A DNA stretch of 64,000 nucleotides. Source: Carcharhinus longimanus. Its lineage: Eukaryota. Shown here piece by piece: positions 1 to 13,893 of the stretch. The DNA is taken from contig JASCQW010000112.1 of NCBI GenBank assembly GCA_030264375.1, forward strand, positions 36,959,650 to 37,023,649, read 5' to 3'. The position numbers were made by a program, and so were the translations under genes. Numbering within the stretch: the first letter of the stretch is position 1; each line of letters begins with the position of its first letter. The notes under the pieces were generated by a model that saw only the letters and a program-made list of their open reading frames with translations, had not been told where the DNA came from and ran no database searches.

Positions 1-99
1 CTATTGAAATGAGCAGGTCACGTCCAACAAATAACAGATAGACAGAACGTTAGTAGAAGGTTACTCCCAAAATTGATTATTAGTGAGTAAAAAACAAAA

Positions 100-1225
100 A
101 GCAGTACAGCACAGGAACAGGCCCTTCAGCACACCAAGTCTGTGCTGACACAAACACCTCTCTAATATTTTCTTGCCTCTATGTGGTCCATATCCCTCTA
201 TCCCCTGCCATGTATCTATCTAGATGTCTCTTGAACTTGCTATAGAATTTGCTTTCACCACCTCCTCTGGCAGCACATTCCAGGCATTTACCATCCTCTG
301 TGAAAAACTTTCCCACTTACATCTCTTTTAAACTTTCTCCTTCTCGCTTTCAACATATGCCCTCGAGTAATTGACCCTTCAACCCTGGGAAAAAGACTCT
401 GGCTATCCACTTTATCCAAGCCTGTCATAATCTTGTAGACTTCTTATCAGATCCTCCCTCAAACTCCGATGCTCCAATGAAAACAATCTAAGTTTGTTCA
501 ACCTTTCTTCACAATCCACAAACCAGGCAACATCCTGGTAAATCTCTTCTACACCCTTTATAATAAATCAATATCCTTCTGGGAGCATGGTGACCAGAAT
601 TGTACACAATACTCCAAATGCAGCCTAACTGAAATCTTATACGACTGCAACACGACTTTCCAATTCCTATACTCAATGCTCTGACCAATGAAGGCCAGCA
701 TGCCATATGCCTTTTTGACCACCTTATCCACTGGAGTTGCCAACTTCAGGGGACTCTGGATCTGCATGCCTAGATCCCTCTGTATGCTAATATCTCTAAG
801 GGCTCTACCAATTACTGTATATTTTCCTACTGCAGTAGACCTTCCAAGTCGGATCACCTTACATTTGTCTGTGTTAAATTCCATCTGCCATCTTTCGGCC
901 CAGGTCTCCAGCTGATTTATATCCTGCTGTATCTTCCGACGATCCTCCTATCTGCTACTCCCCCAATTTTTATATCATCTGCAAATTTACTAAATCAGAC
1001 CACCTGCATTTTCCTCTAAATCATTTATATATATTACAAACAGCAGAGGCCCCAGCACTGAGTCTTGGGGAACACCGCTTATCACAGACCTCCAGTTAGA
1101 AAAGTACCCTTCCACTGCTACTCCCTGTTCGCTATGCCCAAGCCAGTTTTGTATCCATCTTACCAGCTCACCTTGGATCTCATATGATTTCACCTTCTGG
1201 ATCAGCCTGCCATGAGGAACCTTAG
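100..1225 (-). mobile_element. CR1/HER1-like LINE, 3' part of ORF2 (RT) plus 3' UTR, decayed
   Basis: KVPHGRLIQKV..GVPQDSVLGPLLFVIYINDL, MEFNTDKCKVIRLG, LEYCVQFWSP; frameshifted. Confidence 0.92.
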
Positions 1226-1269
1226 CAATGGGAGATACCACGAGTTAAAGGAATGCATTGGAGTTTTCA

Positions 1270-2050
1270 AAGAAGGACAAAATGCCAGGATCTGATGAAA
1301 TCTATCTAATGATCTGATGGGAATTAGAAAAGGAAATAGTGGAGCCACGAGAAAGTATGCTTCAGTATTCTATTGAAAGAAAATGTATATCAGTGAACTG
1401 GAGAGAAATTAATGTAATCTCCATTTTCAAAGAGGAACAGAGCTCCAAAAGATAATTACAGACCCATTAGTCTAACATTCTTGGTGTGGAAAATGTTGGC
1501 ATTTTTAGTTATAAAAATGAAATTGTGGAAAAAGATATGAAACAGTGTAATCAGAAGCCGTCAACACAGAGGGAGTGATGTTCAGAATTGAAAATAATAC
1601 CAAAATAGGAAGTTAAGTCAATCGATGGCCCAAGGAAGTTGCAAGGGAATATTGCCAAGATGATAGAATGATTGAACTTTCTATATTTTGGTTAAGCAAA
1701 ATTTAAGATTTTAATTCAAATGAGAAAACTGGACATAGAAGAACAGACAGGTTTGAGAATTTAGGTTTACCAATCATTTTCTCAACAGGTTAAAATTTAA
1801 ACTAAGATAAACAGAAACCCTGCAGTTCTAGCAAGAGTTAAGGAACACAAAAGTCAAGATATTAATGGCAAAATAAGACCATAGTTGGAGAGATTACCGC
1901 ACAGAGAAAGGACACCAAGGCCACAGAGATAGTGCATTTTACTCAGGATGCTGCTTACGATGAAGTGGTAGTACAAAAGAAAGACCTGAAATAACTGAGG
2001 CTGTATTTGTTGGAACACTGCAAAACAGAGGCCACTTCATCAAGAGGCTT
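1270..2050 (+). mobile_element. Highly decayed CR1 ORF2 fragment
   Basis: Remnants of PGxD, DW..ANV.PIFK and NYRPISLT motifs. Confidence 0.65.
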
Positions 2051-2717
2051 ATATACTAAGTGGAACAGTCAGTCACCTTACATACTTCTCCTATTCAGAT
2101 TGCAATTAAGGAAACAGTAGACTCAGTCTGTAGAGTGGGAAAGCATAAACTGGCACCAAGGGAAACAGTGCTACTAAAAAATAGTATCAGTGCACTGCAT
2201 TTTATAGATAGAATTTATGGTAGCAGCGATATTGAAGTGTCTACAAACATTGTTTATGAGTAGCTTTGGAAAGGGATTTGAAAAGTGTCTTCAGGGAACT
2301 CTCAGTGCATAACTGTGTCTTTTGAAAAAGATGTTCACAGGGCTACTTATGGAGCAACCTAGTCAGGTTTTTAAAATGAAATTTCTATGGGTCTGTGCGG
2401 CGAACTGTTGCCCCTTGCCTCCTTCACATGCTGCAGTGGATTCTGCTCGATCACTTTGCCCCTCTCCTCTTTCACCTCCTCTATATCCATGAGTAGAACT
2501 CTTTAATAGGCAAAGCTGCAAACAAGCAGTGCACAACCTTTAGTATTCTAGCTGGACTACATTATAGAGCTTCCTCTCCCCACAGCAAGCCTCAGAATAG
2601 ACCTCAATGTCATTTGTCTGGTCTAAGGTCATTCTGTTGATTGCTGGAGTTTATAAACGCACCTGTCATAAGCCATTGTTGCTGACAGTACTGTTGGCCT
2701 CAATTTAGTAACTCCCA

Positions 2718-2907
2718 GGAATGTACATGTTTTGTTTTGCTATAGAGCACCTTTCATGTCCCAAACCAATTAAGTTCTTTGAAGTGTAGTCACTGCTGTA
2801 ATCTAGGAAACATAGCAGCCAACCGGGACACTGAGCTGTTATAAAAGCAATGCGATAATGATCTGCTTTGGTGATGTTGATTGAGGATAAATATTGGTCA
2901 GGACACC
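2718..2907 (-). mobile_element. DeuSINE (SacSINE1-like) 3' fragment
   Basis: Reverse complement of the ...tcctgaccaatatttatcctcaa...gtgactacacttcaa... Deu domain/tail. Confidence 0.65.
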
Positions 2908-4624
2908 AGGGCCAGGATCTTATGGCCCGTCCTGCCCTGTGGGATATTACAATCTCGCTGAAGTAAAGGGAATTTCAATTGCCCACCAAATGGCCTGCGG
3001 GAAAGGTCTTGTGGCATAAATCTCAAATGAATTTTCTCAATTATTGTAGTCACTAAAGCCATGGCTCCTGGGACAAGTGGAGGTCCTATTACACTGGTTT
3101 ATATATCCTGGTGTAAAATACCAGCAAGCTATGCCAAAAATGCTTGTGTTTCTGCCTGAACAACCGTATCTTCCTTCCTGGCCCAATCATTCTTTTCCAA
3201 AAATCATAAGGGACTGGGTTTTTAAGCCCCTGAAGGGGATGGAAACAGGCAGGCGGGCCCAGGATTTTACATCACTGGGTGGGAAGCAGGGCTACCCACC
3301 TGTAAGTAGAGGGTAGCCTATTAAGCCACTTAAAGATCTTAAAGACCCTGCCTAGGTGAAGAATGCACCCTATTCCCTTCCCCCCCATCCGCACAATGAT
3401 GGTTTAATCAATTTTCATCCTTAAATTTGAAAAGGTTAGAGACGATGCCTCCATCTTGGTGTGTCCTCTTCCTCACCGAACTGCAGCAGCATCCAGTTAT
3501 TGCTTTCAAACTGGGGAGTGGATTGTCAGGCCCTGTTTTACAGCAGCATGCACAATGTTATACAGAAGACAAGCAATGAAAGTCACAAAACAGGATGTCT
3601 GAAATTAGTATCCGATTTCCTTGTTGCTTAGATTTGTTCTTCTGCCAGTTTATAGCAGAACATTTTCATGGGTTGCACAACACGGAGTCCTTCCATTTTT
3701 CATTCCTGCTCTAATACCACAACTCAAATTTTAAAATCATGGTCAGAATTATTCCGAAACACATAGCCGATGGAATTTGTCAGCTGTACTATTAGAAAAC
3801 ACTGACTTTTTAAAATCAGTCAATAGCAAATGCACCAACATACTTGCTGCTCAATGTTCTTATTCTTAAATGATATTCCAGCGTATAAGCAGGTTAATTT
3901 AGCCAATTTGCAAATNNNNNNNNNNNNNNNNNNNNNNNNNNNNNNNNNNNNNNNNNNNNNNNNNNNNNNNNNNNNNNNNNNNNNNNNNNNNNNNNNNNNN
4001 NNNNNNNNNNNNNNNNNNNNNNNNNNNNNNNNNNNNNNNNNNNNNNNNNNNNNNNNNNNNNNNNNNNNNNNNNNNNNNNNNNNNNNNNNNNNNNNNNNNN
4101 NNNNNNNNNNNNNNNNNNNNNNNNNNNNNNNNNNNNNNNNNNNNNNNNNNNNNNNNNNNNNNNNNNNNNNNNNNNNNNNNNNNNNNNNNNNNNNNNNNNN
4201 NNNNNNNNNNNNNNNNNNNNNNNNNNNNNNNNNNNNNNNNNNNNNNNNNNNNNNNNNNNNNNNNNNNNNNNNNNNNNNNNNNNNNNNNNNNNNNNNNNNN
4301 NNNNNNNNNNNNNNNNNNNNNNNNNNNNNNNNNNNNNNNNNNNNNNNNNNNNNNNNNNNNNNNNNNNNNNNNNNNNNNNNNNNNNNNNNNNNNNNNNNNN
4401 NNNNNNNNNNNNNNNNNNNNNNNNNNNNNNNNNNNNNNNNNNNNNNNNNNNNNNNNNNNNNNNNNNNNNNNNNNNNNNNNNNNNNNNNNNNNNNNNNNNN
4501 NNNNNNNNNNNNNNNNNNNNNNNNNNNNNNNNNNNNNNNNNNNNNNNNNNNNNNNNNNNNNNNNNNNNNNNNNNNNNNNNNNNNNNNNNNNNNNNNNNNN
4601 NNNNNNNNNNNNNNNNNNNNNTAG

Positions 4625-5635
4625 GAGACAATCACACCCTTTCAGGCAGACTCAATGATTGGGTCCATGGGCAGATAGGGGAAGGTATGACTATAAGTGG
4701 CAGGTATGGGGATCAAGGTAGAAACGGAGGAGCCTTGGGCCGAGCAATTGCCTAATGGATTTGACATTTTTGGGCTTGTCCAGATGAAAGCAGGTGTTGC
4801 AGGGTGGATGAGCAAACTAACAATGGTGCTTTGATACAGAAAGCCAATCTTGGGGTGAGGGAGAGGGTGGGAAGAATTAATAGGAACATAATGGTGGTAG
4901 GGCACAATGTGATTAGGGACAGACTGCTCTGCAGCCAAAGCAGATATCAGGAAGGCTGTGTTGCCTGTGGACTGGGAAGGAGCTTGCTATTTGGGAGCAG
5001 TGTTGGGGGGGAGGAGGGGGCACTATGGTGGTTGGATCCAATTGTTGTGGACCATGTAGGTACTGACGACAAAGGTTAGAAGAAGAGGTTTCTCCTTAGA
5101 GTCTGAGCAGCTAGGCACTAAATTAGAAAGCAGCATTTCTAAGGTAAAAATATCTGGATTATTTACCTGAGCCACAAGCAAATTGGAGTAGGGTAAGTAA
5201 GTTTCAAGAGTTAAATGCATGGCTCAAAGATTAGTTTTGGAGAAATGAGGTTCAATTCATGGACCACTGGCAAAGTGGGAGCTGTATCTTTTGGATGGTC
5301 TTCACCTGAACTATGCTGAGACAGGCGTTATGGGGTAGAGAGGGCTTTAAGCTAAATAGTTGGGGTGAAAGATCAAGTGATGGAAGATGTGATAAATTAA
5401 AGAGAAGGGACAAGGCAAAAAAGCAAGATAACAATAAAGGAATTGATAATCTGAGTGTGGAAGAAAGAGTTGGAGCATTTAAATCGGAATGTGCCAGCGT
5501 ACAAGGCCAGAAGTTACAAAAATAATAAAAAGACAGAATTAAAGACAGTCTGTCTGAATGTACATGAGGTAGATGAATTGATGGCTCAAATTCATGTAAA
5601 AACGTGCAATATAATTGCTATTATGGAGACATGGT
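4625..5635 (+). mobile_element. CR1 LINE 5' portion (ORF1 esterase-like remnant and start of APE endonuclease)
   Basis: DPIVVDHVGTDD resembles the ORF1 SGNH-like motif; LNVHEVDELMAQI..NIIAIMETWL resembles the APE N-terminus. Confidence 0.75.
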
Positions 5636-5667
5636 TAAGGTGCATTACACATAGAATGAAAACTCAC

Positions 5668-5817
5668 CACAGGGTCAGTTGGGTGAAATATATTGTACAA
5701 CCGGCCACAGATACTTCTCGGTAGAATGTGATCCTGATTACCACTATGTTGAGGACGTATGCCACGTAATGCTAGGAAAACAGCTAGAGGGGATCCCATA
5801 CAGAAGAAATTTTCAAC
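5668..5817 (-). CDS. DDHD1: DDHD1 exon 9 (150 nt, phase 0-0), leading into the DDHD domain
   Basis: tttcag|GTT...CCTGTG|gtgagt; VENFFCMGSPLAVFLALRGIRPQHSGNQDHILPRSICGRLYNIFHPTDPV. Confidence 0.97.
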
Positions 5818-6665
5818 CTGAAATAAATTAAATTTATGGTCTAATTGACAGATACTATTAAAAATAAACTGCACAAAACAAAAAGCAGAAACATCTCATT
5901 TATTTGGAATTTATTTCCTGAAAATTATAATCATAATGATCACAAACACACTGTGCTAACATGAACATTCAGCTGGTTATTTTTCAACATTGGAATGGAT
6001 ACTCCTTTTTTGTAAATATTTGCATATTCAACATTGGTTCAAGTCTCAAGTTTAAACAATCCCAAGAATCCAAAGCAATATCTTTCTAAACCGGCTACAA
6101 TGAATGAACTACACCATCTAACAAGCGGAAGGGCTGTATGGACTTTTTTGTCATAAGACGGGGTCTGGACTTTCTGTCCTGCAGTGGTGAGACACGTCAT
6201 AGCAGATTAAGCGGCTCAGCCAGAAGTCTATTGATTGTTGGCAAGTCTAGACGACCCTGGCAGTGGTCAGGGCCAGAAAATCCCACCCAGAGGTTATTCA
6301 TTCTGTCCTTTCTGCTTGCACATCAAGCCAAACCTTCTCCAAGGCTGCTGCTTTTCCTAGCATATTATTCCAGTTGATGACTGAGAACAGGCTCACAACC
6401 AGTATCACACTAGTAACTGAAGTATAAATGTACCAGAAATAATCTGAATTCCATGAAGGTCTATGATCTATGTAAAGCTCTAGTTGCAGAAGGAGAGAAC
6501 CCCAAGAATAAAACAATTCAGCTGTTGCTGACGTCTGTAACTGTTATCAGATGGCGCAAAACCGTCATCACTGAGGATTATTTTTAATTAAAGATTTGTA
6601 ACCTGTGGCTTTGCCTACCATCTTAGGCAAGGAAAGGAAAACATACACACTACAGATACTTTCAC

Positions 6666-6707
6666 CTTAACTGCAGCTTTAAACTCAAACTCAGCGGAGC
6701 TGAAATT
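6666..6707 (-). CDS. Candidate 42-nt DDHD1 cassette exon in intron 8 (NFSSAEFEFKAAVK)
   Basis: tttcccctcaagcag|AATTTC...GTTAAG|gtgaaa; phase 0-0, no stop. Confidence 0.3.
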
Positions 6708-6965
6708 CTGCTTGAGGGGAAAGCATTGCAGGCAGTTTTATTAACACAAACTATCAGAAAACATACACGGTCAAAACACAAAGACATGCTGCACCAGTAA
6801 TCAAAAGTACAATGCTGTTGAGAACAATATAACAACATTCTCAAGTGAACTTAAATGAGTTAGTCTACTTTTTTTTTGTTAATAAGGGACAGGCATAGGA
6901 CCTCCTCTCGATTTTAATTATGCAAATTTTAAACGGTAGGTTAACAAATCTACTTCTACACTCAC

Positions 6966-7041
6966 CTTAAATTTCAAAGCAGGAAATCTGAATGGAGCTG
7001 ATGCTTTCACTTGAAGCAATTGGTGCTCTAATTGTTTTAAT
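6966..7041 (-). CDS. DDHD1: DDHD1 exon 8 (76 nt, phase 2-0)
   Basis: ttttacag|ATTA...TTTAAG|gtgagt; (R)LKQLEHQLLQVKASAPFRFPALKFK. Confidence 0.93.
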
Positions 7042-8024
7042 CTGTAAAATGAAATTCAAGTATCAATGGATGCCACAATAGAATTGTACTGTAAACAGAT
7101 ATTTTCACAAAAAACAAACGTTATAAAAGCACCTTTAACCTTCAGCTGCATTTTTGTTCCCTGGTCCAATAACTATGCCACAAGGGATAGTTAAAGTTGG
7201 ATATTAAAATAAATTTATCTGTATCCTTTTCACATGGATATCACATGGTTAGCAAGTATAGTCTGATACACAGTTTGAAATAGACATGCACATACACAGC
7301 CGCCCACCCTAGCCTTTAGGCAACTTCTTAGTAAGCTCTAGATGCATCACTTTTGGCTTCCTATCTCCGAAGGACACAGTCTGCAACAATATATGCGACA
7401 ATCACCCACCCACACAGCAAAGTCACAATATCAAGAGAAGAAACTTTGTAGAGCAAGTAAAAATCAAAAAGCACGTCACTCTGGGTCACTTCAATCACCT
7501 TATCAATGGCCTGGAGTTGGCGTTTAGAAGGAACATTGGAGGTCAGTTGCCAAGTGATGGGGTACATGGCAAAGAGACCTATAGGAAGCAAACAATTAAA
7601 ACAAATGGGGGGGGGACAAAGTGGCAATGAGTACCTTTCCCCCACTATCAGATAAAGTGCTATTTTGTGTTACTTATTTGTGGCATAGTACCAGGTAATT
7701 ATTTTAACATGTAACCACCAAAATAATTTCAGATGGCAAAGCAAGTCTCAATGTTTATACAGAGGAAATAAGTCAGGAAAACAAAAGTGAAAGTAGATAA
7801 AGGGAAAGAGAGAGAGAGACAAGAATGGATACAAAGTACAAGATACAGGAACTGCTGACGGCTGCAATTCAAAAAGAGAGAAATGCCATGATGACAAGAT
7901 GAATTTTCTTCACTTTTTCTTTTTGAGGTCTTGTAGAATTTTACAGAGCACAAGATGATACAGACTAATGCATAGCGATTGTTTTACAAAGAACTTCCAT
8001 TCTGTGTCCTTTTCTACATCTTTG

Positions 8025-8990
8025 TAAAGAATTTATTCATGGCACGGGAGAGCACGAGGTTAGCAACTGGTACCCATCTTCAACTGCCCTTTGAGAAGGC
8101 GATTATGAATCATCTTCAATTGCTGCAGTCCTTGTGGTGCAGATACATCACAGTGCTGTGGGGATTGGAGCTCCAGGTTTTTGGTCTGGTGAGTGAAGGA
8201 ACAGCAATTCATTGCGAGTCAGGTAGCCAAACCTGCAGGTCGTCATGTTCCTGTATTTCTGCTGCCCCTGTTCTTCTTGGCGGTACAGGTCACAGGTTTG
8301 GAAGGTGCCGAAGGAGACTTGCCGAGCTGATGCAGTGTATCTTACGGATAGGACATACTGCTGTCACTGTGGGCCAATGGGGGAGTGTGTGAAAGGTTAA
8401 GATGATGGATTTGGTGCTGAGTTTTCTTGGATGGTGTAATGATTCTTGAGCATTACTGGAACTACACTCATCCAGGCAAGAGGAGGATATTTCATCACTC
8501 TTCAGACTGTATCTTGTAGGTGAGGGAAAGGCTTTAGAAGTGAGTTATTTGCTGCAGAATAACCAGCCTCTGAATTATTCTTGTAGTCACAGCATAGTTG
8601 ATCTAGTTAAGGTGTCCTTTAATGGCAACATCATAATTATTGATGGCAGGGATTTAACAATGATAATATTATTGAAAGTCATGGGGAGATGGTGAGATAT
8701 GGTCAATGCCTGGCACTTGTGTCACTCTCCACTCATCAGCTGTACGTTGATTGTTGCCCAAGTTCTGCTGCATGTCAGCTTGGACTGCACCAGTATCTGA
8801 GGAGTTATGAACAGTACTGAACACTGTGCAAGCAAAGGACATTCCCACTTCTGACATTATGATAGAGGGAAGGTTGCTGATGAAGCAGCTGGAGATGGTC
8901 GGGTCTACCCTGAAGGGCTCCTCTGATGATGCCTGGGGGCTGAAATGAACAGACTCTGACAACCATGGCCATTTTTTTTTTCTGCATCAA
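8025..8990 (-). mobile_element. Non-LTR retrotransposon (CR1/L2 group) 3' region
   Basis: PTISSCFISNLPSIIMSEVGMSFACTVFS is RT-like; same 3' end as the 57005-57640 copy. Confidence 0.8.
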
Positions 8991-10259
8991 GACTCATTTC
9001 TATTAGTTTTAAAAGCTTTATTCTCTCCATTTGTATTTCAGGTAGCGCATTATATGTCCAAATAACACAATGCCAAAGCATTTCTAACAACTCCCCATTG
9101 CCACTCTCCTTTTCACTCCTTGTTGATCCTCAATTTACGTGTTCTAGTTACTGACTAATTGGTCAGTGGAAATAGTTTTTCCATAACTTGTATTATTAAT
9201 ATCCTTCATATTTTAAAAATCTGCTTCAGATTTTTTGTTTTAATAAAAAGAACCTTAGTTGCTTGTAGGCTAGCTAGTAGTGTCTAAACTGTTCACTACT
9301 CCTGGTATAACTTCAATAAATCCTGCTTTATCATCATGGCCTTGAGGTTAATATCTTCTCTGAGTTCAGAAACAAAGGCCCATTTATAAAACAACTCACA
9401 TTGCACAAGTTTGCTTTTTTGACAGCTTTATCTACATGTCTGCATGTAAATATTGTGCATCTGAATCTCTCTGCTTTGTTGCAGCTTTAGAACTGTTATT
9501 GTTTAGACTATGTTGACTCCCCATTTCCTCCCAAAATGTAGCCTCACAAAGTTCTCTACATTAAATTTCAGCCAGTCTACATTGTCCTGAAGTTGCATAA
9601 TTCCCTTCACAGCGAATTTATCTACAAACTCGCTATCTACAAACCTTGGCCTGGGTTCTCAGGCCTCTGCTCGTGTCAGAATGGAGGCAAAAGGACTTCT
9701 AAAAGTGACGGTTGAGACCTGGCTCAGGGAATCCTGCCCCTATTTCAGTTTCTGTGAATTTTCTGGCGCAGCAAAGGGTGTGGGTAACAAGCCCACACAT
9801 AGCACTCCTTTCCACTGAGGAGACCCCCTGTAATTTTGACGGAGTTGAGCCAGCTTATGTAGGAGATGCAGTTCATGACTTTTCAGGGCAATCACGAACA
9901 ATGGAGGAAGTCTACCCTGGAGTTGGGAGCCAGAGAATGCCACAGGCATTCAATATTCCCTTTGAAAAAAAAAACGCCCTCTTACTTTCTGATAAAACTG
10001 CCAAACACAACCAATGCCTGTGCATTTATTTGGAATCCATTAATCCTTTCCAAATAAATGCACAGGCATTGCAAAAAAAAGATCAAAAAATAAATAATAA
10101 AAATGTCAATGAAGCAAAGTTAGCAGTTTGCTTGCAACTACATAAACAACCACACATAGAACGGAATGCATTTGTTATTGCTGGAGTTCAGCCTAACTTC
10201 GATAATAAGACCATCTATCAATTTTATCAACAAAGGCAGGCTGAACAGATAGTCTGACA

Positions 10260-10576
10260 ACTGGCAAAGTGGTTAACACTTCTGCCTCATAGCGCCAGGG
10301 ACTGAGGTTCAATTCCAGCTTTGGGTGACTGTGTGGAGTTGGCATGTTCNNNNNNNNNNNNNNNNTTGGTTCCCTCAGGGTGCTCCATTTCTTCCCACAG
10401 TCCAAAGGTGTGCTGGTTAGGTGGATTGGCCATGCTAAATTTCCCCTTAGTGTATAGTTTGGGGGATTAGTAGGGAAAATATGTGGGGATAGAACCTGGG
10501 CAAGATGCTCTGTTGGAGAGTCAGTGCAGACTCAATGGGCCAAATGGCCTTGTTCTACACTGTGATTTTATGATCT
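10260..10576 (+). mobile_element. HE1-like V-SINE (tRNA-derived)
   Basis: A/B boxes (gtggttaacac, ggttcaattcc), V-domain and CR1-type tail. Confidence 0.88.
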
Positions 10577-11329
10577 ATTCTGCAAGATGGACTTGTACTA
10601 TATTAATAAATATTTAGTTGAGCTCCAAGACTGACTAAGAGGATATGTTACACAGTCAAAGTGCACTGCTTGCTTTGTTGTAGTGAGTTCTTGCCTTGAA
10701 GTGATTTTTCAATGCCTGTGTGCTTATTTGGATAGAATTGGAGGTTTCTTAAATGGGACTTTCACTGACTGTGTTTGGCTGACAGTTTTATGTATTTGTA
10801 ATGGACCATTTTTTAAACAGAATGTTGTTGCCCAATTCATTTTATATTTCCTAAGAATTTCAAAGACTTCCAGTGTTATGATATGGCTCTCAAATTCTGT
10901 ACCTAGTGGATACTCTGTGAGTGGACTTGGAAAATGCATGGGAGAGTGAGGGCAAGAGGATGAATAATGCCCAATCTTTGTCCCAGTAAATGAATGCAGA
11001 TCTTCTAACATGTCAGCCTGGCCATTCTTCAGCCTTATTTGCCACCTCTGTAGGCAGCAGGCTTGATCCCAACCCCTGCCCACTTCTGCGACATAAAAAA
11101 TAGAGAGGGTGTTTCCATGACGGAGCTAAGATCACAGAGGCAGAAAAATTCCCAACCCCCAATACCTGTCTCAAATGAAAATTTGGCCAGTTGATACCAC
11201 GTTCTTAACGTTCTACTCCAGTATCTTCCTGTGTTGGGAAGGATAATGATTCCAACACTGTCTTTGGAATCAGCACTTCTTATATTTTAGTCTGAAAACA
11301 TCCATTAACCACTACTGCTTACTGTCCTT

Positions 11330-11800
11330 TTACCAACTTTCCATTAATGTCATCATATTCTCTTCAGTATTGTAACATCCAAATTTGTAATTAATGCTGT
11401 TTTGAAAATGAAAACTGCATCTCCTTTATCGATAGATATTTTCCCAAGGAAGTTGATTGAATTTATCATACAACACTTACCTTTTAAAAATGTATGTTGG
11501 CAACCTTTAATTAGTCCACCTCCTTCTACATGGGTTTTAATTTTATTCCACATTATGGTTACTAGAAGCTGCCCCAGTACAGATGTTAAGCTGACTAGTC
11601 CATCATTATCCGATTTATACTTTCCCCCTTCTTGAATCAACATAAAAGTTGCAAAATTGACCAATCTTCTGGTAGGTGCAATTTCCATTTCCTATGATAC
11701 TTAGAAAACTCTAGTTAACGCCGCAATTATTTTTTCCTCTCCAATCCGCCTTAACATTCCAATATCAATGCCATCAAGTTCTGGAGCCTTTCTACGGAAT
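11330..11800 (-). mobile_element. Decayed CR1 RT fragment
   Basis: LVSLTSVLGQLL..QHTFLKGKCCMINSINF. Confidence 0.75.
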
Positions 11801-12009
11801 TGCACAAATCATTTCAATCCGGCTGCCTAAACTAGTTACTTCATCTAATTTCTCCAAGACAAAGCATTCATCTGGTATCTCTGCCATCCCTGCAAGCTCC
11901 ATGAAAGATTTCCTTTGTTTCTAGTTGCTTCTAACTTTTCAGCAACAATTCTTTTACTACTTTTGTTGATGACACCAATTTCTGGGGTGAATGCAGAAGC
12001 CAAACCTGT

Positions 12010-12420
12010 GGTTAAGTTGTAGCATTCTCAGCTCTTAGATGATGTGGGTTCCAGTCCCACTTCGGAAACTTCAGCACATAATCTTGCCTGCCATTCCAGA
12101 GTGGTGCTGAAGAACTGCAGCACGGTCAGAGGTGCTGTCTTCCTGATGAGGTGTTAAATCGCGTCCCAGGGTCTCAGCTGGATGTAAAAGATCAGATTGC
12201 TCTATTCCTAGAACAGCTGGTTCTCCTGGTGTCCTGACTCATGTTTATCCCTCAAGTCAATGTCCAGAAAGAGATGATCTGGTCACTGATTTTCTCACTC
12301 TTTCTGGAAGATTGTTTTGTGCAAAATGGTTACTATACATCCTACAGGATAAACACACTTCATTGGTTGTTGAGGCTTTTGTGATGTCAGATATCATGAA
12401 AACAACTCAAGAAATACTTC
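12010..12420 (+). mobile_element. DeuSINE (SacSINE1-like)
   Basis: gtgggttccagtcccac...gcacggtcagaggtgctgtct...gatgtaaaagatc...tttatccctcaa Deu-domain pattern. Confidence 0.75.
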
Positions 12421-12990
12421 TTCTATCTACTGATTAGACAAGGGACAGGCAAATGACAGAAATGATGGCAGATATCAAGAGTTGGGAGGATTGTCTGAAC
12501 AGTTGATCTCAAATTCATCTTTCCATCAGCCTAAGACATGTTTAGACTGACTGAAGTTATTTATTTCATTTGCAAAACCAGCACCCAGGTAATGCAGTCT
12601 TCATATGTATACATTGTGACTTTAATGATCAAATGCTTTTCTCAACCTTTTGCCATCAGAAGAAATCAACTGCTGCCAGAAGCCAACGAAAAACAAACAT
12701 GTATTTGACACAAGTTAACAAAGTTCTAGGGTCTTCTCTTCCCTTCCACAGTCTGTGCACCTTTTGGAATTCTGATGATCTTTAACATTCTGGTTAAGCA
12801 AACAAAGACACAGCCTTTTTCCTACATTATGCCACATAAACCAAAGATTCAAAAGCATCATTGTCAAAAATCTGAATTGATTCATCAGTATTACACTTCA
12901 TGCAACCTTAAGTAACTTTATGCATGTAAATTTGATAACAACAAGGCTAGGCACCATGATTTTAACATTATACCATGCATAAATCCTTAC

Positions 12991-13250
12991 CGTTGTTTAG
13001 TCTTGAGAATATCATCCAGTAGCTCACGCTCCTCAAAGCTCATGGAAGCCTCTGTCATCTCTTCTTCCTCTTGGACCATTTTGTCATAAAATCGCACTGG
13101 ATACCATCCAGTCATAATGTCATATGTGATGACACAGCCCAGCGAGTGGGCTACTATTGAAACCTTGCCGCCTTGCATTTCAAAATCTGGGTTCCGAGAA
13201 CAGAAAAGTGCATATAACCGATTTAACTCCTGCTGAAGACCTTTCACAAT
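12991..13250 (-). CDS. DDHD1: DDHD1 exon 7 (260 nt, phase 0-2), contains catalytic serine motif AHSLG
   Basis: cttcag|ATT...CAACG|gtaagg; IVKGLQQELNRLYALFCSRNPDFEMQGGKVSIVAHSLGCVITYDIMTGW... Confidence 0.97.
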
Positions 13251-13893
13251 CTGAAGTAAGAAAAATATAAAAATATTTAAATGACGTACCGAGCTTTCAC
13301 TATGGTATACATAAATGCTGGAATTAAAAGTATAGCCACATGATGAATAGACATGGAATTTTATGCTAATATACATTTGGATAATTCTTGCAGATAGCAG
13401 ACACACACGATGGGTCGAATGATTCCCTTCTGTGATGCAACCCCTCTGTAATTCTATGAATTCCATGCATGCTGTGTAAGATGCAAATTTACACTGGAAT
13501 TATAACTGGATTCAAAAAAGCAGTGTACATCCACTTCAAAAGATTCCTACTACAAGCTGAATAATATACAAGCTAACAATTAAATTGATACAGTGTTACT
13601 TCTACTTTTGGCCTAATTCACGAACAGGAAAGATCATGAGAATTATTATTCAATAACTTATATAGAAGACTATATGAGTTACTGAACTGAACAATAACCA
13701 GCTACAGCCTTCAAAATTACTTGTCCTGGTTATCAGTTGCTTAACTGGAACTAATACAACAGTGTACAGTGTGTAGCCTGATCGAAATAAGATCAATGGG
13801 CAGATTTAAAAAGTCATGGCACTTCTTAATCAAGTTTTATTATTGTTTGTGTATTGAGTTCCAAGGTATACAAATTCCAAAGAATAAATAATC

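Noticed and set aside
3820-4635. Long ORFs of 245-271 aa
   Set aside because: They run through an N gap (3916-4621) and are artefacts. The same applies to 39832-40548 and the other gap-spanning ORFs.
1-5667. Search for DDHD1 exon 10 (AYRLEPL...)
   Set aside because: Not found by eye; it lies outside the window or in the N gap.
6334-6380. Possible 47-nt exon in intron 8
   Set aside because: Weak donor and an in-frame TAG stop.
9712-10257. 181-aa plus-strand ORF
   Set aside because: No recognisable domain; it overlaps MITE-like and A-rich sequence and is probably a chance ORF.
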